Source: Camelus ferus (taxonomy: Eukaryota). From it: a stretch of DNA of 64,000 nucleotides. The position numbers and the translations under genes were made by a program. The stretch is taken from contig NC_045696.1 of the NCBI RefSeq assembly GCF_009834535.1, positions 86,802,001 to 86,866,000 on the forward strand. Reading direction: 5' to 3'. Each line of letters opens with the position of its first letter. Within the stretch, counting starts at the first letter, position 1. The notes under the pieces are model-generated. The model was not told where the DNA came from. It saw only the letters and a list, made by a program, of their open reading frames with translations, and searched no databases. Positions 24,305 through 39,075 of the stretch are shown piece after piece.

Positions 24305-25880
24305 AGTGAAAATCTGCCACTGTCACTTTGTATATGTTTATATTTTCATTTATTTCTATGAATTTTTGGTTTACATTGATTAAGACTGTTACTAAATGCA
24401 ATCTAAATTAGAAATTTTATAACTTTTTTTTTGGATAAACCCTACTATAATTATAAAATATTTCTCCTTTTCTGTAGTATGACTCCTGCCTTAAAGTCGA
24501 ATTTGTCTGGTATTAGTAGACTTAGCAGTTTTTGTTTTTATTATTGCTTGTGTTATATATTATTATTCATCACTCTTTTTGAGTCTTAGGTTTTATCTCT
24601 GTCATAATCCAATCTGACAATATTCCTTTTGTAACTTGAATATTTAGTTTATTTATATAAGTATAATAACTAATATAAAATGTACTTGTATAATATTTGA
24701 CACCATTGTTTAATGTTCTGTTGTCCATATTCCTTGCCTTTTGGGGGTTAAACAAATATTTTAATACACTTCTCTGTATTAAATTGTTAGTTATGTATTA
24801 TTTTATTGGTTATTTTAGACATTATATTATTTTTTCCTTCACTTATTATAGTCTTAGGGTGTTCCTGACCTTACTATAACCATAGAATGCTTCACCAGAA
24901 ATATCATTCCTTGTTTTAAATTATTTCAGCTATGGGTTTTTATTTTCCATACATTTCAAACTTTACAAAGCATTACATTTTTTAACACTACCAGTGATCA
25001 CTTACATTAGCCCACATATTTACTCTCTCCAGTATTATTCATTCCATTTTTCATTTCCATATTTCTATCAGGAATCATATTCCATCTGACAGAGTTTTCC
25101 TTTTAATACATACTTAAAATACTTAAATATTAACTATTTAAATAATCTTTCCTTTTAAAATTTATTTAATATTTATTGGACTAGCCTGACTTACCATACA
25201 TCTTTATCAGTTTTAGGTATGTCTGAAAACTTCATTTTTGCAGCATAGGTTTTTGATTAGAGGCTGATTTCTTGGCAGTAAATTTTCCTATACTATAAAG
25301 ATGTCTCTATTTTCATTTGGCTTTTTGTTTTTCTTTTCTGTATGGAAGTTTTTAGTTGCTTCTTTGTAGGTAACATGTAGTTTTTACTCTAGCAGCTTTT
25401 TTAGATTTTCTTTATAACTTCTTTAAGTTACAGAGTTTTGTTACAATATACCTAGCTGTGGTTTCATTTGCTTTTTTACTATGGTGTTTCATGGAACATT
25501 TTGGACAAAAGTTGATATCTTTCATAAGTTTTGAATATTAATGGTTATTAACTTTTTTCAATTTTGCTTCTAACTCATTGTCTCCACTGTCTCCTTCTGG
25601 GACTATAGTTAAATATTTATTAGAATGTTTGAGTCTGTCCCATGTGTGTCAGAAATGCTTTTCCTCCATTTTTTTTTTCTTTATCCTTCAGTTTGGATGT
25701 TTTCTGTTGACTTATGTTTTAGTTCATAAGTCTTGTCCTCTGCCTTGTCTAATCTGCTCTACAATTCTTAACCGCAGTTCTTGACTATATAGACTGCTTT
25801 TTTTAATTTAAGTAGAGTCAATTTCATAATATTACACATTCCAAAATTTTGTTGAAATTCTTATCTTTTATATATCTTGT
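24305..25880 (-). mobile_element. L1ME-like ORF1/ORF2 junction relic
   Basis: T-rich strand with CTGCCTTAAAGTCGAATTTGTCTGGTATTAGTA, GTATGTCTGAAAA and CTCCTTCTGGGACT motifs. Confidence 0.7.
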
Positions 25881-26809
25881 CTAATTTTCCATCTTTATTT
25901 CATTTCTATTTTCATCATTTTCATTTTCTTATTTTCTCTCAAGAAAGATTTTTCATTTTAAATTTGATTTTAATGCTAAAATACAACAATAGAGATAATG
26001 AGAATGAGAAATTTTGAAAGAGGCTATATAAGAGAATGGAAAAACAAAATATTGAATTATTTAGCTAGTACTAACAAGAAAATTCTTCAGAGAAAAAAAT
26101 TCTAGCAACCAGGTTAGTCAAATATATAAACAAGTTGATTCCAATTCAAGCAACACAATTATCTTTAGCCAGTATAGAAACAAAAGCTATTATATTTAAA
26201 TGTAAGTAAAATTTAGGATTCTATTTAAATTTAATTCCATTTGAAATTTAAACATTTGATCCTCTCTTCAATCCAGCCAACACATCTTGAATTAACCTAA
26301 ATATCACTGTCTCCAATTATGATATTTTATTATCAAAATATAAATTTGTATTCACCTTATCTAAAAACACATAAATCAGAAGAAAAAAAAAGAAATCCTT
26401 CTTCAGAAGACTGATGCAATTCTGACATTCTATGGAATAATAGGTAGTAAAAGATCTAATGTCTACAAAGCACTTCGTATTTTAAAAGTTCTAACTTAAC
26501 TTTATTCACAGAATATCTCCTATAAGGTTGATTAGCCTTACCCATATAACTAATGAGATTTTAAAGAAATATATTACCTATATCAAGTGGCCAAGGAACA
26601 GATTTTACTACATTAGAGCCTAAAGCTGCTGGGATTAATTTTAATTCTCAGTCTTTCACCCTTAACTTTGCAAATAATGCCTTTCATTGCATTGCCACAT
26701 GCTTTATTATTCTAGAATTAATTGTGTTTTCAAATCGTTTCACTCTGTTTTTCATGTCTACCAACCTCTTTCATAAGTCCAGATTTTTTACCTTTGAATG
26801 CTTTCCTCA

Positions 26810-27212
26810 GTGTTACATTTCACTTCATACAATTATTGGAACAGTACAGAGAGTTCACATGTACTCCTCACCCAATTTTCACTATTACTGACATCTTACA
26901 TTAGAGTGGTACATTTCTCACAATTATGATGCAATACTGATAAGTAAATTCCCATCAAATTTCCTCTGTTTTTCCTATTTACTCCTCTTTGCTTAAGGGT
27001 AACATTAGATTAAGTACTTTTACCTCCTTAAGCTTCTCTTGGTTATGACAGTTAATAAAACATGTCTTATTTTTGGTGACCTTGATAGCATTTGAGGATA
27101 CTGGTCAGCTATTTAGTAGAATGTCTTCAGTTGGAATTTATATGATGTTTTTCTCCTGAGTAGACCGGGATAGTGCATTTCTGGTGGGAATATCACTAAC
27201 ATAAAGTACCAC
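26810..27212 (-). mobile_element. L1MC4-like 3' UTR fragment
   Basis: AGTACAGAGAGTTCACATGTACTCCTCACCCA...GACCTTGATAG...TTTGAGGATACTGGTCAG...GTAGAATGTC. Confidence 0.7.
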
Positions 27213-27332
27213 AGATTCCTGTGGTTTATTGACCATTTAAATTATTTAAATGTGATTTGTCTCTTTTCTACTATATCTGTTATTCTTATGTAGTAGTTTA
27301 TATTACTGTTCTTAGTCCCATAAGAACTAATG

Positions 27333-27543
27333 TTGTGCCATAATTTGAGCATTTCTCATCTGCTTTTTTGTCCAGTTGAAAATCGATTTTGCAAGAAGAT
27401 TATCAAACGAGTATTTTGTGCCATAATTTGAGCATTTCTCATCTGCTTTTTTGTCCAGTTGTGCCATAATTTGAGCATTTCTCATCTGCTTTTTTGTCCA
27501 GTTGAAAATCGATTTTGCATGAAGATTATCAAACGAGTATTTT
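27333..27543. repeat. Complex local duplication A-B-A-A-B (A = 43 bp, B = 40 bp)
   Basis: A starts at 27333, 27416 and 27459 (identical copies). B starts at 27376 and 27502 (one mismatch, A27394 versus T27520). Confidence 0.95.
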
Positions 27544-30099
27544 CATTCGTAAGTATCCAAAGAATACTTCAGTTTCTTAATCTCTGGAATCACTGCTTTT
27601 CGAAATTCATGTAGTTACAGAGATAATACTGAATTAACATTTATAACACATTCTAAAACATATTGGTAAAATAACCATCTATCTCTCAGTGCCCCTGAGT
27701 GGTTCTTCAATTGGCTAATGATGAACTAGATGGCAAGTTAATGAAGATTCACATTGCACTCACTGCATATCCTTACATTAGTGAAAATTAAGAAGATCTA
27801 GAAATTAGAAAGTCTGTTTTTTCTGTCTTTACACTATTTTCTGGTCTCTGAGGCAATGTGATAGTATGAATCTAAAGTTTGCTCACTTATTAGCAAGTTA
27901 ACTAACACTAGACCTTAGAGAAGTTAATTGACCTGTCTTTTAGTTGAAGCACACTAAAGTACCTCATTGAGTTTCTCAAGGCTAGTTACAATGGATTCCT
28001 TCTGTCTCTGTCTCTCCTTCTTCCCTGTCTCTTAGGAACGATCACCTGCTATTTGTCTTATATGAGAGAGAAACTGACATATTTGAAGAAAAGAAAAAAA
28101 GAAATTCATAAGAGCTAATGGCTGCTGTTAGTGACAAGTGAAATTAGGATGAAAGTTAAGGACATAGAATGTTTTTCTTCAGGTGTACTAATTAGTAATT
28201 TGGTAAGGAAAAGTTGTAAAATATCGGACCTCTTTTTAAGCATGATGACATTTAGAAAAAAATGTACTCACCATGGCTGGTAATAGGAAAAAAAAAAACC
28301 AACAGTAAAAATAACAGAATTGGAAATGGAAGAAAAGACTGAAAGCAGAAAGAAGAATTTACAATCATGTTTATTGACAGAAATATGCATCATAAAATAG
28401 AACTTGGCTTTAACAAGGTGGTTCAATCACTTCAACACAATGCACATAGAAATAAAAGATTATGTGATGTTGGCATGAGGACTGTGTGTAAGGACAGCTC
28501 GGCACTGAGGAAACTGACCCAATTTCAGAGTCTAAATCTGCACTTGGAGCATTGACATTCAGGCCAAGTGATTAACAGGTAAAGCATCCTCGTTAAGAAC
28601 TTTCAATATAAGTGAGCTTCTAATTTTTCAGCAGGAGCACAGTGATGAAAAATTGGAGGCACGGGGGAGAGTGGCGCAGGCAATACTTTGGAGCCATATA
28701 GAGTCCAAGTTGTCATTACTGGAATATTTCTATAACAGATAGAACTCCAAAGAATAGGGAGGCTGATGGAAAGAGGAAAGCTGTCAGCCTCTCTTGTATG
28801 CCCAGTAAAACTGGCAAAATACATAAGCTTGATCATGTAAATGTGAATTCTGAACAGATGATCTTTGAGTATCCATATTTCATATAATCTAAATTTAGAT
28901 TAAAAGAAATGTTTACCTTTGTATCCCATTGTGATAAGTTCTTTTTTTATTATTTAAAAGAAAGGGGAATAGGTATGATGCAATTATACAGATTGTAGAA
29001 TTTCCAGTTATTCTGCTGTCTTTTTTATTTTTTAAATTATTTTAAAATTAATTTTTAAATTAGACCTGGTCCCTTTTCTTCTAGAATTTATAGCCTTGTT
29101 AGGGAATCTTATAAATAAAGAGGAAAATAGCAATGAACTATCATTGTTTTTATATGAATAATTATGTCTGGCAAATATTAGAATCTAGTAAACTTTTTGT
29201 CTCTTTCAATAACTTTCAATTTCATTTAAAAAACAACAGGGTGTAACAGCATCTGATATGAAAAATTGGTGTTTCCCTGCCCTTCTTTATAGAGTATTTG
29301 TATTATATTTACCAGCAGTATATATTTTTAAATTAGAGTTTTAAAAATTAGGTAGTAGTCCCAGGAATCATAATTCAGAGAGAAACGGCCATGTGTTATT
29401 TAGAATAGCATTTAAAATTAAACACATATCTAAGATAGCAGTGTATTTATATCATACAATTCCACGTAGAAAAGGCTACTATGTAGTTTTAGGTAGTTTT
29501 GACTCATTCATAAAGGAAAGTTTTAATTATGAATAATAAATATTCAAAAGTGTTCCTAATAAGAGTTACAGATATATAGTTATAGAAAATATGGAAGCCC
29601 AACAGTCTAGGTAGGGTTATAACAAATGAAAATTGAGTAAGTGCTCTTTACTAATTCTTTAAGGCCTTTGATGCTGCCATTGAATTAAGTTAAACGTGAC
29701 ATTTACCACCAGTGTGCAGGTTCAGATAGTGCTATACATGAAGAATGTTTATAAAATCACATTAACAATGATGGCCCTAATATAATTATCTGAGAGAGCT
29801 TTCACGTTGTCTTAGGAAGAACAGACATGTTACATAAGTCTACCATGTACTGAGGGGTGTATAGTAAAGTCTCTAAGTGAAATGGATGTCTGTTGAGGCA
29901 ATAAAATTTTCCATTCATTATCTTATAAAATTTGACATAAATTCTACTGGCAAACAATTAGTACATATTTTTGCTCTTATGTCGTAAGAATTCAGCAAAG
30001 TTTTAAAAATCGCATAACCAAATGGAAAGAAAACTGAAAACAAATTCATATTTATAAGTCAACAATAATACAGAGAAAATAATAGCTTTAACTATAGAT

Positions 30100-30325
30100 A
30101 CTACTATGAGGGCACTTACTATATGTTGTACACAGTGATTTTTCCTTCATACTTGGTTTCCCTTCATTATTCTCACAACCATTTTTGGAATGCCTATTAT
30201 TATATCCTTTTTGTTTTTTCTCATATGAGCAAAAAGGCTAAAGAGGTTAAATCATTTACTTAAGGTCAAATAAGCTGAGAAATCCAGGACTGATTCCAAA
30301 GCAGGGGGATCTTAATCACTAGGTT
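30100..30325 (-). mobile_element. MIR SINE
   Basis: GGCACTTACTATATG...TTCTCACAACC...GGCTAAAGAGGTTAAATCATTTACTAAGGTCA...TCTTAATCACTA. Confidence 0.7.
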
Positions 30326-31689
30326 ACACTAGCTCCAGAAAGCAGAAAAAATAGACTCTGTGATGAAGAGTATAATAGCTTAGTCATCACTGAGCTGTTT
30401 TAATGTTAAAAAGCTAGTTAAGCTGTAAAAAATGACACAGACATTCATTGATCACTGACTGTTAAGTTAAAATTATGTAATACCAAACAAGTTTAACATA
30501 ACTGTCATAAAATCCTCAATATTTTTGCTTCAACAAGACTTTGCAGAGATTCATTTTTCAAAATACATTAATAGAAAAATTAAGTAGATATTTTAATCAT
30601 ATATGTTTATACAGTTATTTTAGATAATTAGGATCTATTTATTATAAGCATATAAAAATGTGTACTTTAACTCTATGGTTTAATTCCTTAGCTGTTTGGG
30701 GGGGGCTGTTATTTTCTATCTTTAATTTTTTTTAGTCCATTTTGAAAATTAATAAGAAAGTCAGAAACAATATCATAGTTTTACATTTATTTGAGACCCA
30801 AAAAACAGGAAACAAAAGTGGAAGTAGAATATACTTTGGAAAATCTCAAAGGCATTTTCTGATATGCCTCAGGCTCAAAAAGATATTCTAGAAAATCTGA
30901 AGAAAGAAAAGAAGGACTAATTCATGGATCTGAGGGGGTTTTTTTAATTCTAAGAAAATGATTAGTTTTGTTTCATTTCCCATTGATGATAATATGCATC
31001 TGTCTATTTTTAGTTTATAATTAGGTTAATTTATAATTTTTACTTTGATGTGTGCATTTGTAACTTAACTTTTATAAAGCTGGTAAAAGTTATTGTTGCA
31101 CATAAGCAAACTAGATAGATGAAATAATATCATTTAATTATTCCATGTGCATTTATAACAAATACTTATTTTGTAGATCCTAACAGTTTTAATTTTATAT
31201 ATTTCAAATTAGATATTGATAAAGCAGTTAAGTTATATTTAACTGCCCTAAAATTTGCCTTATTAGGTTATCATCACACAAGTAATATTAAATTTTGTTA
31301 AGACTTAGAAATTTATCTTAAATAATACTAAGCCATGATTTTAAACACATTTTAAGAAATTTCTACTTTCCAAATACATATGCAAATATAGAAAACTATA
31401 TTTAATCCCATCCCCATAATAGCTTAGACTGTGCATATGTGTCAGTTATTTAGTTTGAGTAATTTTAATTAAAACGAACAAACCAGTATTTACTATCTTT
31501 GGTAACTATGATCTTTAAAAATTACATTTCCATGGATTTATAAGTGACACCTTTTCCAATTTATTTTTAAAAGCAAAGAGAATGTGTATATGATCATTGG
31601 AAGCCTTAACTGAAGACTCTTTGTCTGTAGGACTCAATTTATCCTTTATGTCTTATTTCTTCCATCTGCACAGAACTTTCAGGACATTA

Positions 31690-31850
31690 GCTAATCAATA
31701 CCCACAACTCACCTCTAGATAAGGTCTTTATTGCTCAAGATGAGAAAGCTTAAGAAGAGTTAAGTAACTTGTACAAGATCAGTGTGAATTGGTGCCTGAG
31801 CTCGGCTTAGCATACCGATTGACTACCCCCATAGCTATTTCTACATTCTC
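31690..31850 (-). mobile_element. MIR SINE fragment
   Basis: AGATGAGAAAGCTTAAGAAGAGTTAAGTAACTTGTACAAGATCA core match. Confidence 0.55.
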
Positions 31851-34800
31851 TGAGCATAGTAGCTCCAGACAGTCCTCTGACAGAGAATCTTCTTTAAATG
31901 TGGATCTTCATTACAATGTTTAAACAAAGCTGTCAGCATATTTCTAATTGCACATTTCTACGTATTGCTGACCAACATTTTTCTTAGGGCAGATTCTAGG
32001 CTTTTTTTAATTAAATACTTGTTTTCCAGATTCTTATTTTATATACCATATATTGTTGGCTCAATTTTTCTTTCTTATGTTCACTCTATTCCAAAAGTCA
32101 ACTTATTACCATGTTTTGCCACTATGCTATTTCTGAAAGCATTAGTGTTAGAACTCATTTTATTTTTGCAATATAAAAATATGCTTAGTTGTGGGTCTTA
32201 ATTCAATTGATGGCTTTTTAAAATAACTCCAAATTATTAATTTCTCTGGATAGTTTCATAAGTATAGTAAAATGCTTATATAACATTTCCAATATTTCAG
32301 AAAACCTGCTGTTTCTTATTTTTAAGAAATTGGATATTTACTAACAAATTTATAATTTTATACCATGTGGTCTAGTTACATTTCAGTAGATAATTTCTAT
32401 TTCAACATATCTACTGTACCTTTATCTTTCTGAAAAGCAAAGACACTATTTTAAATATTACCTCAATGGCATTGTTTATTTCTATGCCTAGCACATGCCA
32501 TCTTCACTTCAATCTTCTGTATTTTATCCTCTATACCCTCGTATACTGGCTGTGATTTATAGCTCCAGTCAAACCTGTGAGTATCTGAGCTCCTTGGATG
32601 CCACATCCATTATTATATTGCCATGGGTTCTTATGACCATTTTGACCATGTTTCTGAAGCAGTCAACATTCATCCAGCCTACAAGTATTTAGCACTACTG
32701 CTGTCAGGAACTCTTTTAGTGCTTCTCTACTTTCCTGACTGATCTGTTCTTAATCTTTATTTCTTTCAGCTTGAATCTCTCATCTCACTTCCTGGACCTA
32801 TTTTAAATCATGCCTCTATTTTATATGTTTTATTTATTTCTTAGCTCAATTTTATGCCCTTTCCATTTTTCTTCTTTTTTATTAACACTCCTTTACCCTA
32901 TCTGGTGTGAAATAGGGTGTGTATATGACGTCTATTATCCCATTAGTGGATATCATAGTTGTTTTCTACTTATCGACTGACTTCAATGTACTCACCTAAC
33001 CTTAACCTCTGTGAGGTAATTCACATTATTCACCTTATATTATCACTTATTCACACATAAGCTATGTGTTCCAAATACAAGAGAGGAACATTTTTCCATT
33101 TGGCATCAATTGCATTTGTTTCACTTACTTCACCCAATACATATGCCAGCTTCAAGTTAATTTTTCCTGCTAATATTGAAAGATATATATTCTATGACAG
33201 TGCAAGTTCAACAGGTCATCCTGAAAACTACATGAGCACAATAGGAATTTTGTGTTCATCACCTTGTCATACGTTAGCATTACTTTAGGAAAAGTAGTTG
33301 TTACTTATTGATTACTCTCCAAAAAATAAAAAAAAATCCTTCCATATGTAGCATAGTATCAAATATAATGAAAATAACATACAGCATATATATACATAGC
33401 AGCTGATGCTGGATGAGTATTCAAAAAATGTTACTACTTTTCCTTTGCATGTTCCTCACCCATTTGTTGTAGCTGCAGGTACTCCAGCTCTGTGCTGATG
33501 GTTAGCACAGTTTTAAATGGGAGCCATGGTCAGAGAGCTAAGTTAACAATCATCCACTATGTCTCATAAAAGAAGACTCTCCAAGAGTACAGTTTAATTT
33601 AGAGTTTCATATTTTGAGGATACACATAGGACACGGCTTTATTCCCTACTCCCATTTTTGTCTTCTCTGATGTTTATTGACTTTTCCTAAATTTATCCTT
33701 GAAAAACTTTCATCATATTCCGTAGATTCTAGGAAATAAGTATAAGAATGATTTTTACATTTTTTAATGCACGCTCAGTTTTAATTACTGAGAAAAAAAA
33801 GTTGTCGCATTCTAGTCTAATTCAAAACTTTGATTCTGGATGTTTTTCAAAGCTCCTCTCACCCAAAATTAAAACCTTAATTTGGCTCTAGGCATCTTCA
33901 GGAAAATAATGAGGCATGGTCTATTCCTTAAATCAGTTTTAATTTCTTCCTCCTTTCTGGTTCCCCCAAGCTGGAGGCACAGCTGGGGTGAGTGGTTTAA
34001 AGGGAAGATTTATGTAGAAAGTTATATTTGAAGTTATCTTCTGGGTGCTAGAATCCTCTTTATGGCAGCTATCCAAGGATAACTGTAGGCATAGATTATT
34101 TGGAAGCCAAATGGAAAATGATAACACTTCACATGGCATGGCTGAGTTCCCTCAGGATGTACCTCCAGCCCTTTTGGTACACTCCTTGCCCTCTTACTGG
34201 TGATGATCCTACATTCTCTTAAATTGGGTTTTTTTCAGGATTCCATGTCTGACACCTGCCAGTCCCTGCTTGACTCAGAGAAGATGTCCATACCCTTGAA
34301 TATACCAATAACAGAAGGCCACTCCATCTCAGCCTCAACACTCTATTTTTGTGTCATTCAAGCCAACATCCGGACCTCTAAAATTTTCAGGGAAAAGAAA
34401 ATATCATTTATTTTTCAAACTCCACGGAAAATTTGTTAGGATCATGGAGGTTTTCTTTATCATGTATCATTTCTTATTTCTGTCCTGAGCAAAAATCCAT
34501 TTAGGGAGTAAGATAACAGCTTTCCTCTCCTGCAGGAAGGTTTACTCACTCTAAGTGGTTCTCATAGAACGCCATTTCTTTTTGACATTATCCTTCTATA
34601 TTTATTCTACAATCTAACTTCACAAAACGTTCTTACATCAATAAACTTCTTAAAATATCATCTTTTTATATAGGGTGATGGGTATAACTGCTTTGTAGTA
34701 AGGTTTAAGAGATATGCATTTATTTTTTGTAAGGAACTGGAAGAAATATCAGGAATCTCAATGTTACTCTCATTAGAATTTATGACCTATTTTCAATTTT

Positions 34801-37399
34801 AGAGATTTAGAGGAAAAAGTATGAACATCACAGATAAAATTAGGTTTAATACTCTGCTACACATATTTTATATCAGTCATTCATTTCTTGGTATGAGTGT
34901 ATTCTAATAATAGTCTAGTATAAAAATAATACTTAAACTCCAAAACAACAAACTTACAATTTTTAAACCTAACTTCTTATATCTAATAACCCTATTAACT
35001 TAATTGTGTAACATGTTTATATCAAAACTTAGAAAGCAAGATTACTAGCTAATAGAGTTGAGAAAAAAAGAAGTTAAAATGTATTTATTGTGTACTTAGG
35101 CACATATGAGAAACAAACAGATAAGCAAAATACTGCTATTTGAATAAAAAATAATATTTTTATGATAGCTTCTGCAAAAACAAATTAAAAGGATCTTTAA
35201 GTGTTCCCTGATATTATACACATTAAATCTTTGTGAAAAAGTCTCCAAAATCTAATAAACTATACAATATTGAAATGGGTTTCATATAATAACAGAAAGA
35301 ACAATTTAATTTGTAATATTCAAAGGTCCAAACTTACTAAAAAACAATTTATTAGTAAACATCTAATACTTCCTATAGAGAAACAATTTATTTCCCACAG
35401 AGGAAACAACATGTAAATGGAAACCTCACTAAACATACAATCTAGATGTAAAGAGTAGATGCTGACCAGTAATTCAGTATCTAAAAATCAAATGATAAGG
35501 AATTAATGGAAAACATTTATTTATGGAATAGTCATTTGTGTCATTATGTTTCATATCTGGAAAATAGAAAAATCCTACAACATGAACTATGTTTCTCAAC
35601 TTTCATACAAAGGATATGTGTTGGAAATTAGAGGATAACTGTCGACAAACTGAAATAAATGTAAATATATATTATTCACCATGGGGGATATTTTCATTAA
35701 GAGGAAACTCATTCATTACTTCCAAGTCCCAAGAACTCTTGGTGGAGAAACTATTTATCTAGTAAACTCTGCATGGTAATAAATAGGTAAAAAAAAAAAT
35801 CAGAGAATTGAAGAAATAAGTGAAATATTTTATCTTAAATTTTATCTTTCCAGAAATAAGACTATTAATAAAGACATAGATAATGATGATGATATAGTTC
35901 CCACTGTTTTTTTCATCTATTCTTGTCTCAATTTATATCTTACAATTAGATAAAATTTTTTAATAGCATGACCTTAACTCCCTCTAATACAATAGTAAAT
36001 TAAAATACAAGATCATAGCCTTGAGTTTATAATAGATCTCAAGATATTTTCAATTGTCTATTGTGGTAATTCTATCTTCATATCACACAGATATCTCCAT
36101 CTCAACATGGCTTGTAATGAATTTGTGTTTGACCTCAAACATTTTCCACCATGTAAGTGAATCATACAACTACATATATAAATCTATTTAAAGTGTCTTA
36201 ACTTTGTATTCTGGTCCCTAGCACAGAGGCAGTGAATGATATTTCATTAGACTACTAATTTAGACTTCCAACATTTAGACTTCTTTGTTTCTTTTCAGAT
36301 AATTAAGTGTGATATTAAGGGTAACCATTACATTCTTTGACCAATGAAAGACAAATGAAACTGATAAGTATCAATTCGAGGCTGAAAATTTTGATTTTTC
36401 CTGTGAAATTTTCCATGCACTTTTTCTCTTTCATGACAAAAATGGATACTAATTTTGAAAGAGACTCCTGGAATATTAACCTACTTCATGGACAAGAGCA
36501 TCATGAAGAGGACTTTGAACTGACAAATGAATGTTAATTCTGCTCTGCTACTAATATTTGGGAATGTTTGTTAAGGCATAACAACATAGACTATCCTTAC
36601 AGTTACTCTATTACCTACGTTAAAAGATAATTGTTAAATATTTGGATTAAAATTAACTTTGAAATCCTATTCTCTTTCCCTCCTCCATCAAATTGGCTTT
36701 TAATAATTGTTACTTTCATCTTTCAGTTATCTTTTGAGATTTGCTTTTCTACATCTCCTTAACATTATTTATTTTCACTATTAGCATCTTCAAAGCTTAC
36801 TTCACATCTTACATTCCTCCAATTTATTCTCCTTAATTTCACAGCAGTAACCCCATAAAAACAGGAACCTAGGATTATTCCATGACTGATCTCCTTCCCC
36901 CAACAAAAAGACTGAGGAGACTGTTACAGTTTGCCAGATCAGTGAACCATATGTCCAACAAGATACAATGAGTACCTATATGCTAGGGTTAATGTTCTTC
37001 TAGAACCAAAAAACCTATCAAAGTCCAAAAAACAGACCTCAGTTATAGAGTGAACTGAAGTTGATGAGTAAGGGGTGAGAGTCAAAATATATTGTCATTC
37101 TAAGATGCAAATAAGAAGCAGATAACTAAAGGACCAAAGATCCAAGGAGATGAGAACACAGGCCAATGAGTTCACTGGCCAAACAAAGAAACAAACAAAA
37201 AATACTGCAGTTTAGGTAAAAACCTAGAAACCTAGATAGCAATAACGGAGATAGAAGTTGTTACTCAAGCTTTTGCAAACTTTGCATGGAAAAATTAACT
37301 TATCTGTAAAGCTTTCACATTAAAAAAAAAGACCAAAACTCAAGCTGCCTATCAGGTTTCTACTTCTTTGTGGGGCCCAGTGTCCCTGGTTGGCTAGAT

Positions 37400-38330
37400 T
37401 TAGTCCATAAAAATTTATTGAGAACTTACTATGTGCCAGGCCATGCACATTGGTGATCATAATGGACAAATCACACTTGCCCATGTGAGGCTAACAGTAT
37501 AATAGGAGAAAACAGGAAATAAATAAATATAGTAAATAAGAAAGCTTTGTATTATGCTAGAAGTTGATAATTGCTATGGAAAAGAAGTACAACAGAAGTG
37601 TTTGTTGTAGGACAGTACACAATTTGTTGCATTTTCATAAGGTTGTATGGTTGAGGAAGTTTGAAGATGAATATAGTCATTCCAGGTGTAGAAGATATCC
37701 CATGTAAAGCAACAGCCAGAGCACAGGCATAAGTGTGCCTGCTGTGTGAGAAGAAAAGCCTAGGGCCACTGTGGTTGAAAGAGAGAACATATGGGTAAAA
37801 TTATTAGGAATTAATGTTACTGAGATAAGTAGAGATGAGATCATGAAGGATATCATAGTCTATTTAATGACCTTAATTTTTATTCTGAATGAAAGAGGAA
37901 AATGTTGCAGGGCTTTGAGAAAAGGAGTGCCATGATTTGACCTATTGTTTTAAAAAAAAATAACTACTTGGGGGAGAATAGATTGTGTAGAGATAAAGGG
38001 AGAAGTAGTGAGAACTGTTAAGAGGCTATTTTAGGCATCTAGGTGAGTGATAATGATGACTTAGATTTGTTACACTGGAGGTAGTGAGATGATGTCATAC
38101 TATGTACATAGTTTTAACTTAGAACTAATAGAATTTCTATTACATAAGAGGTATGAGAGGAAGAGAAAAGCCAGACTGGCCCCAAATTTCTTTGCCTAAG
38201 CAATTAAAAGGATGAAGATACTATCAACTATATTAGGGAGAAGACTAGGGTTCAAATTTGAACATTTTAAATTTGACATTAATATCGAAAGGTTGAGTAG
38301 GTATTTGGATTTGTGAGTCAGGAGCTCAAA
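37400..38330 (-). mobile_element. L2a-like LINE 3' portion
   Basis: Antisense tail ATTTATTGAGAACTTACTATGTGCCAGGC followed by the purine-rich L2 body (AGATCATGAAGG, GTTAAGAGGCTATT). Confidence 0.85.
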
Positions 38331-39035
38331 AACCATTCCAGAACATTTATTCAAGAAAAGGAATTCCTCTGGGTTGTCCTTCCATATGCTTATTCTATAA
38401 ACCTGATATTGTGTTAACAGTGTAAGTCAGTGTCCTATTCAAATATTAAATGTCTTTGATATTTTATTTATTCTGGACAAAATAACACAAATTAACTTTG
38501 TCATATAAAACTATGCTTATCATTTACATATATGTTAAATAAGACTCAGAACAAATTTATACAAAAGTTATATGTCTGACTATTGAGAATATCTGTCCTG
38601 GAACTGAGTTTTATCATTTTTTCTTTCATGTATTTTTCCCTACCACACAGTAACATAACATTTCAAATATTTTATAATTTCAAATCAAGCATACCTCTAA
38701 CTATTGATTTTTACTACTGCATGATAATTTTTTTCTCCATAGATTCCATGTATTGCCATTCCTTTGTGATTTAGCTATCATTCTTCAAGTGAATTCACAG
38801 TTTCATGTTTGTGCACTATGATCGTAGATGTTTAAAAAGCCGTTTATCATTTAATTCTGACATGTCCAGCATCATTATTTCTTGAAGCAGAACACTTTCA
38901 AGAAAGGTCTACACACTTTTCACAATAAATAAATCAAACTTCTAACATATATGAGCCTTACATAAAGTCACACAATATAAGTTAAGCTCAGTGATTGTTG
39001 CCTTCAGGCATGATAAAATTAGTACAATCTGAAGA

Positions 39036-39075
39036 CTCTATTCTTCTTTTATTATTCTTCTTATTTCAGGTAAGT
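39036..39075 (+). other. Candidate recursive splice site (polypyrimidine tract-CAG|GTAAGT)
   Basis: CTCTATTCTTCTTTTATTATTCTTCTTATTTCAG immediately followed by GTAAGT; motif only, no transcript evidence. Confidence 0.35.

Noticed and set aside
27333..27543. CRISPR-like repeat/spacer appearance
   Set aside because: Mammalian DNA, the spacers are copies of each other, one is missing, and there are no cas genes.
28655..28682. GC-rich CTCF-like or small-exon-like segment
   Set aside because: Lacks the CC half of the CTCF core and has no GT donor.
38040..38048. TAG|GTGAGT motif
   Set aside because: Inside an L2 with no pyrimidine tract; it illustrates the chance background for this motif.
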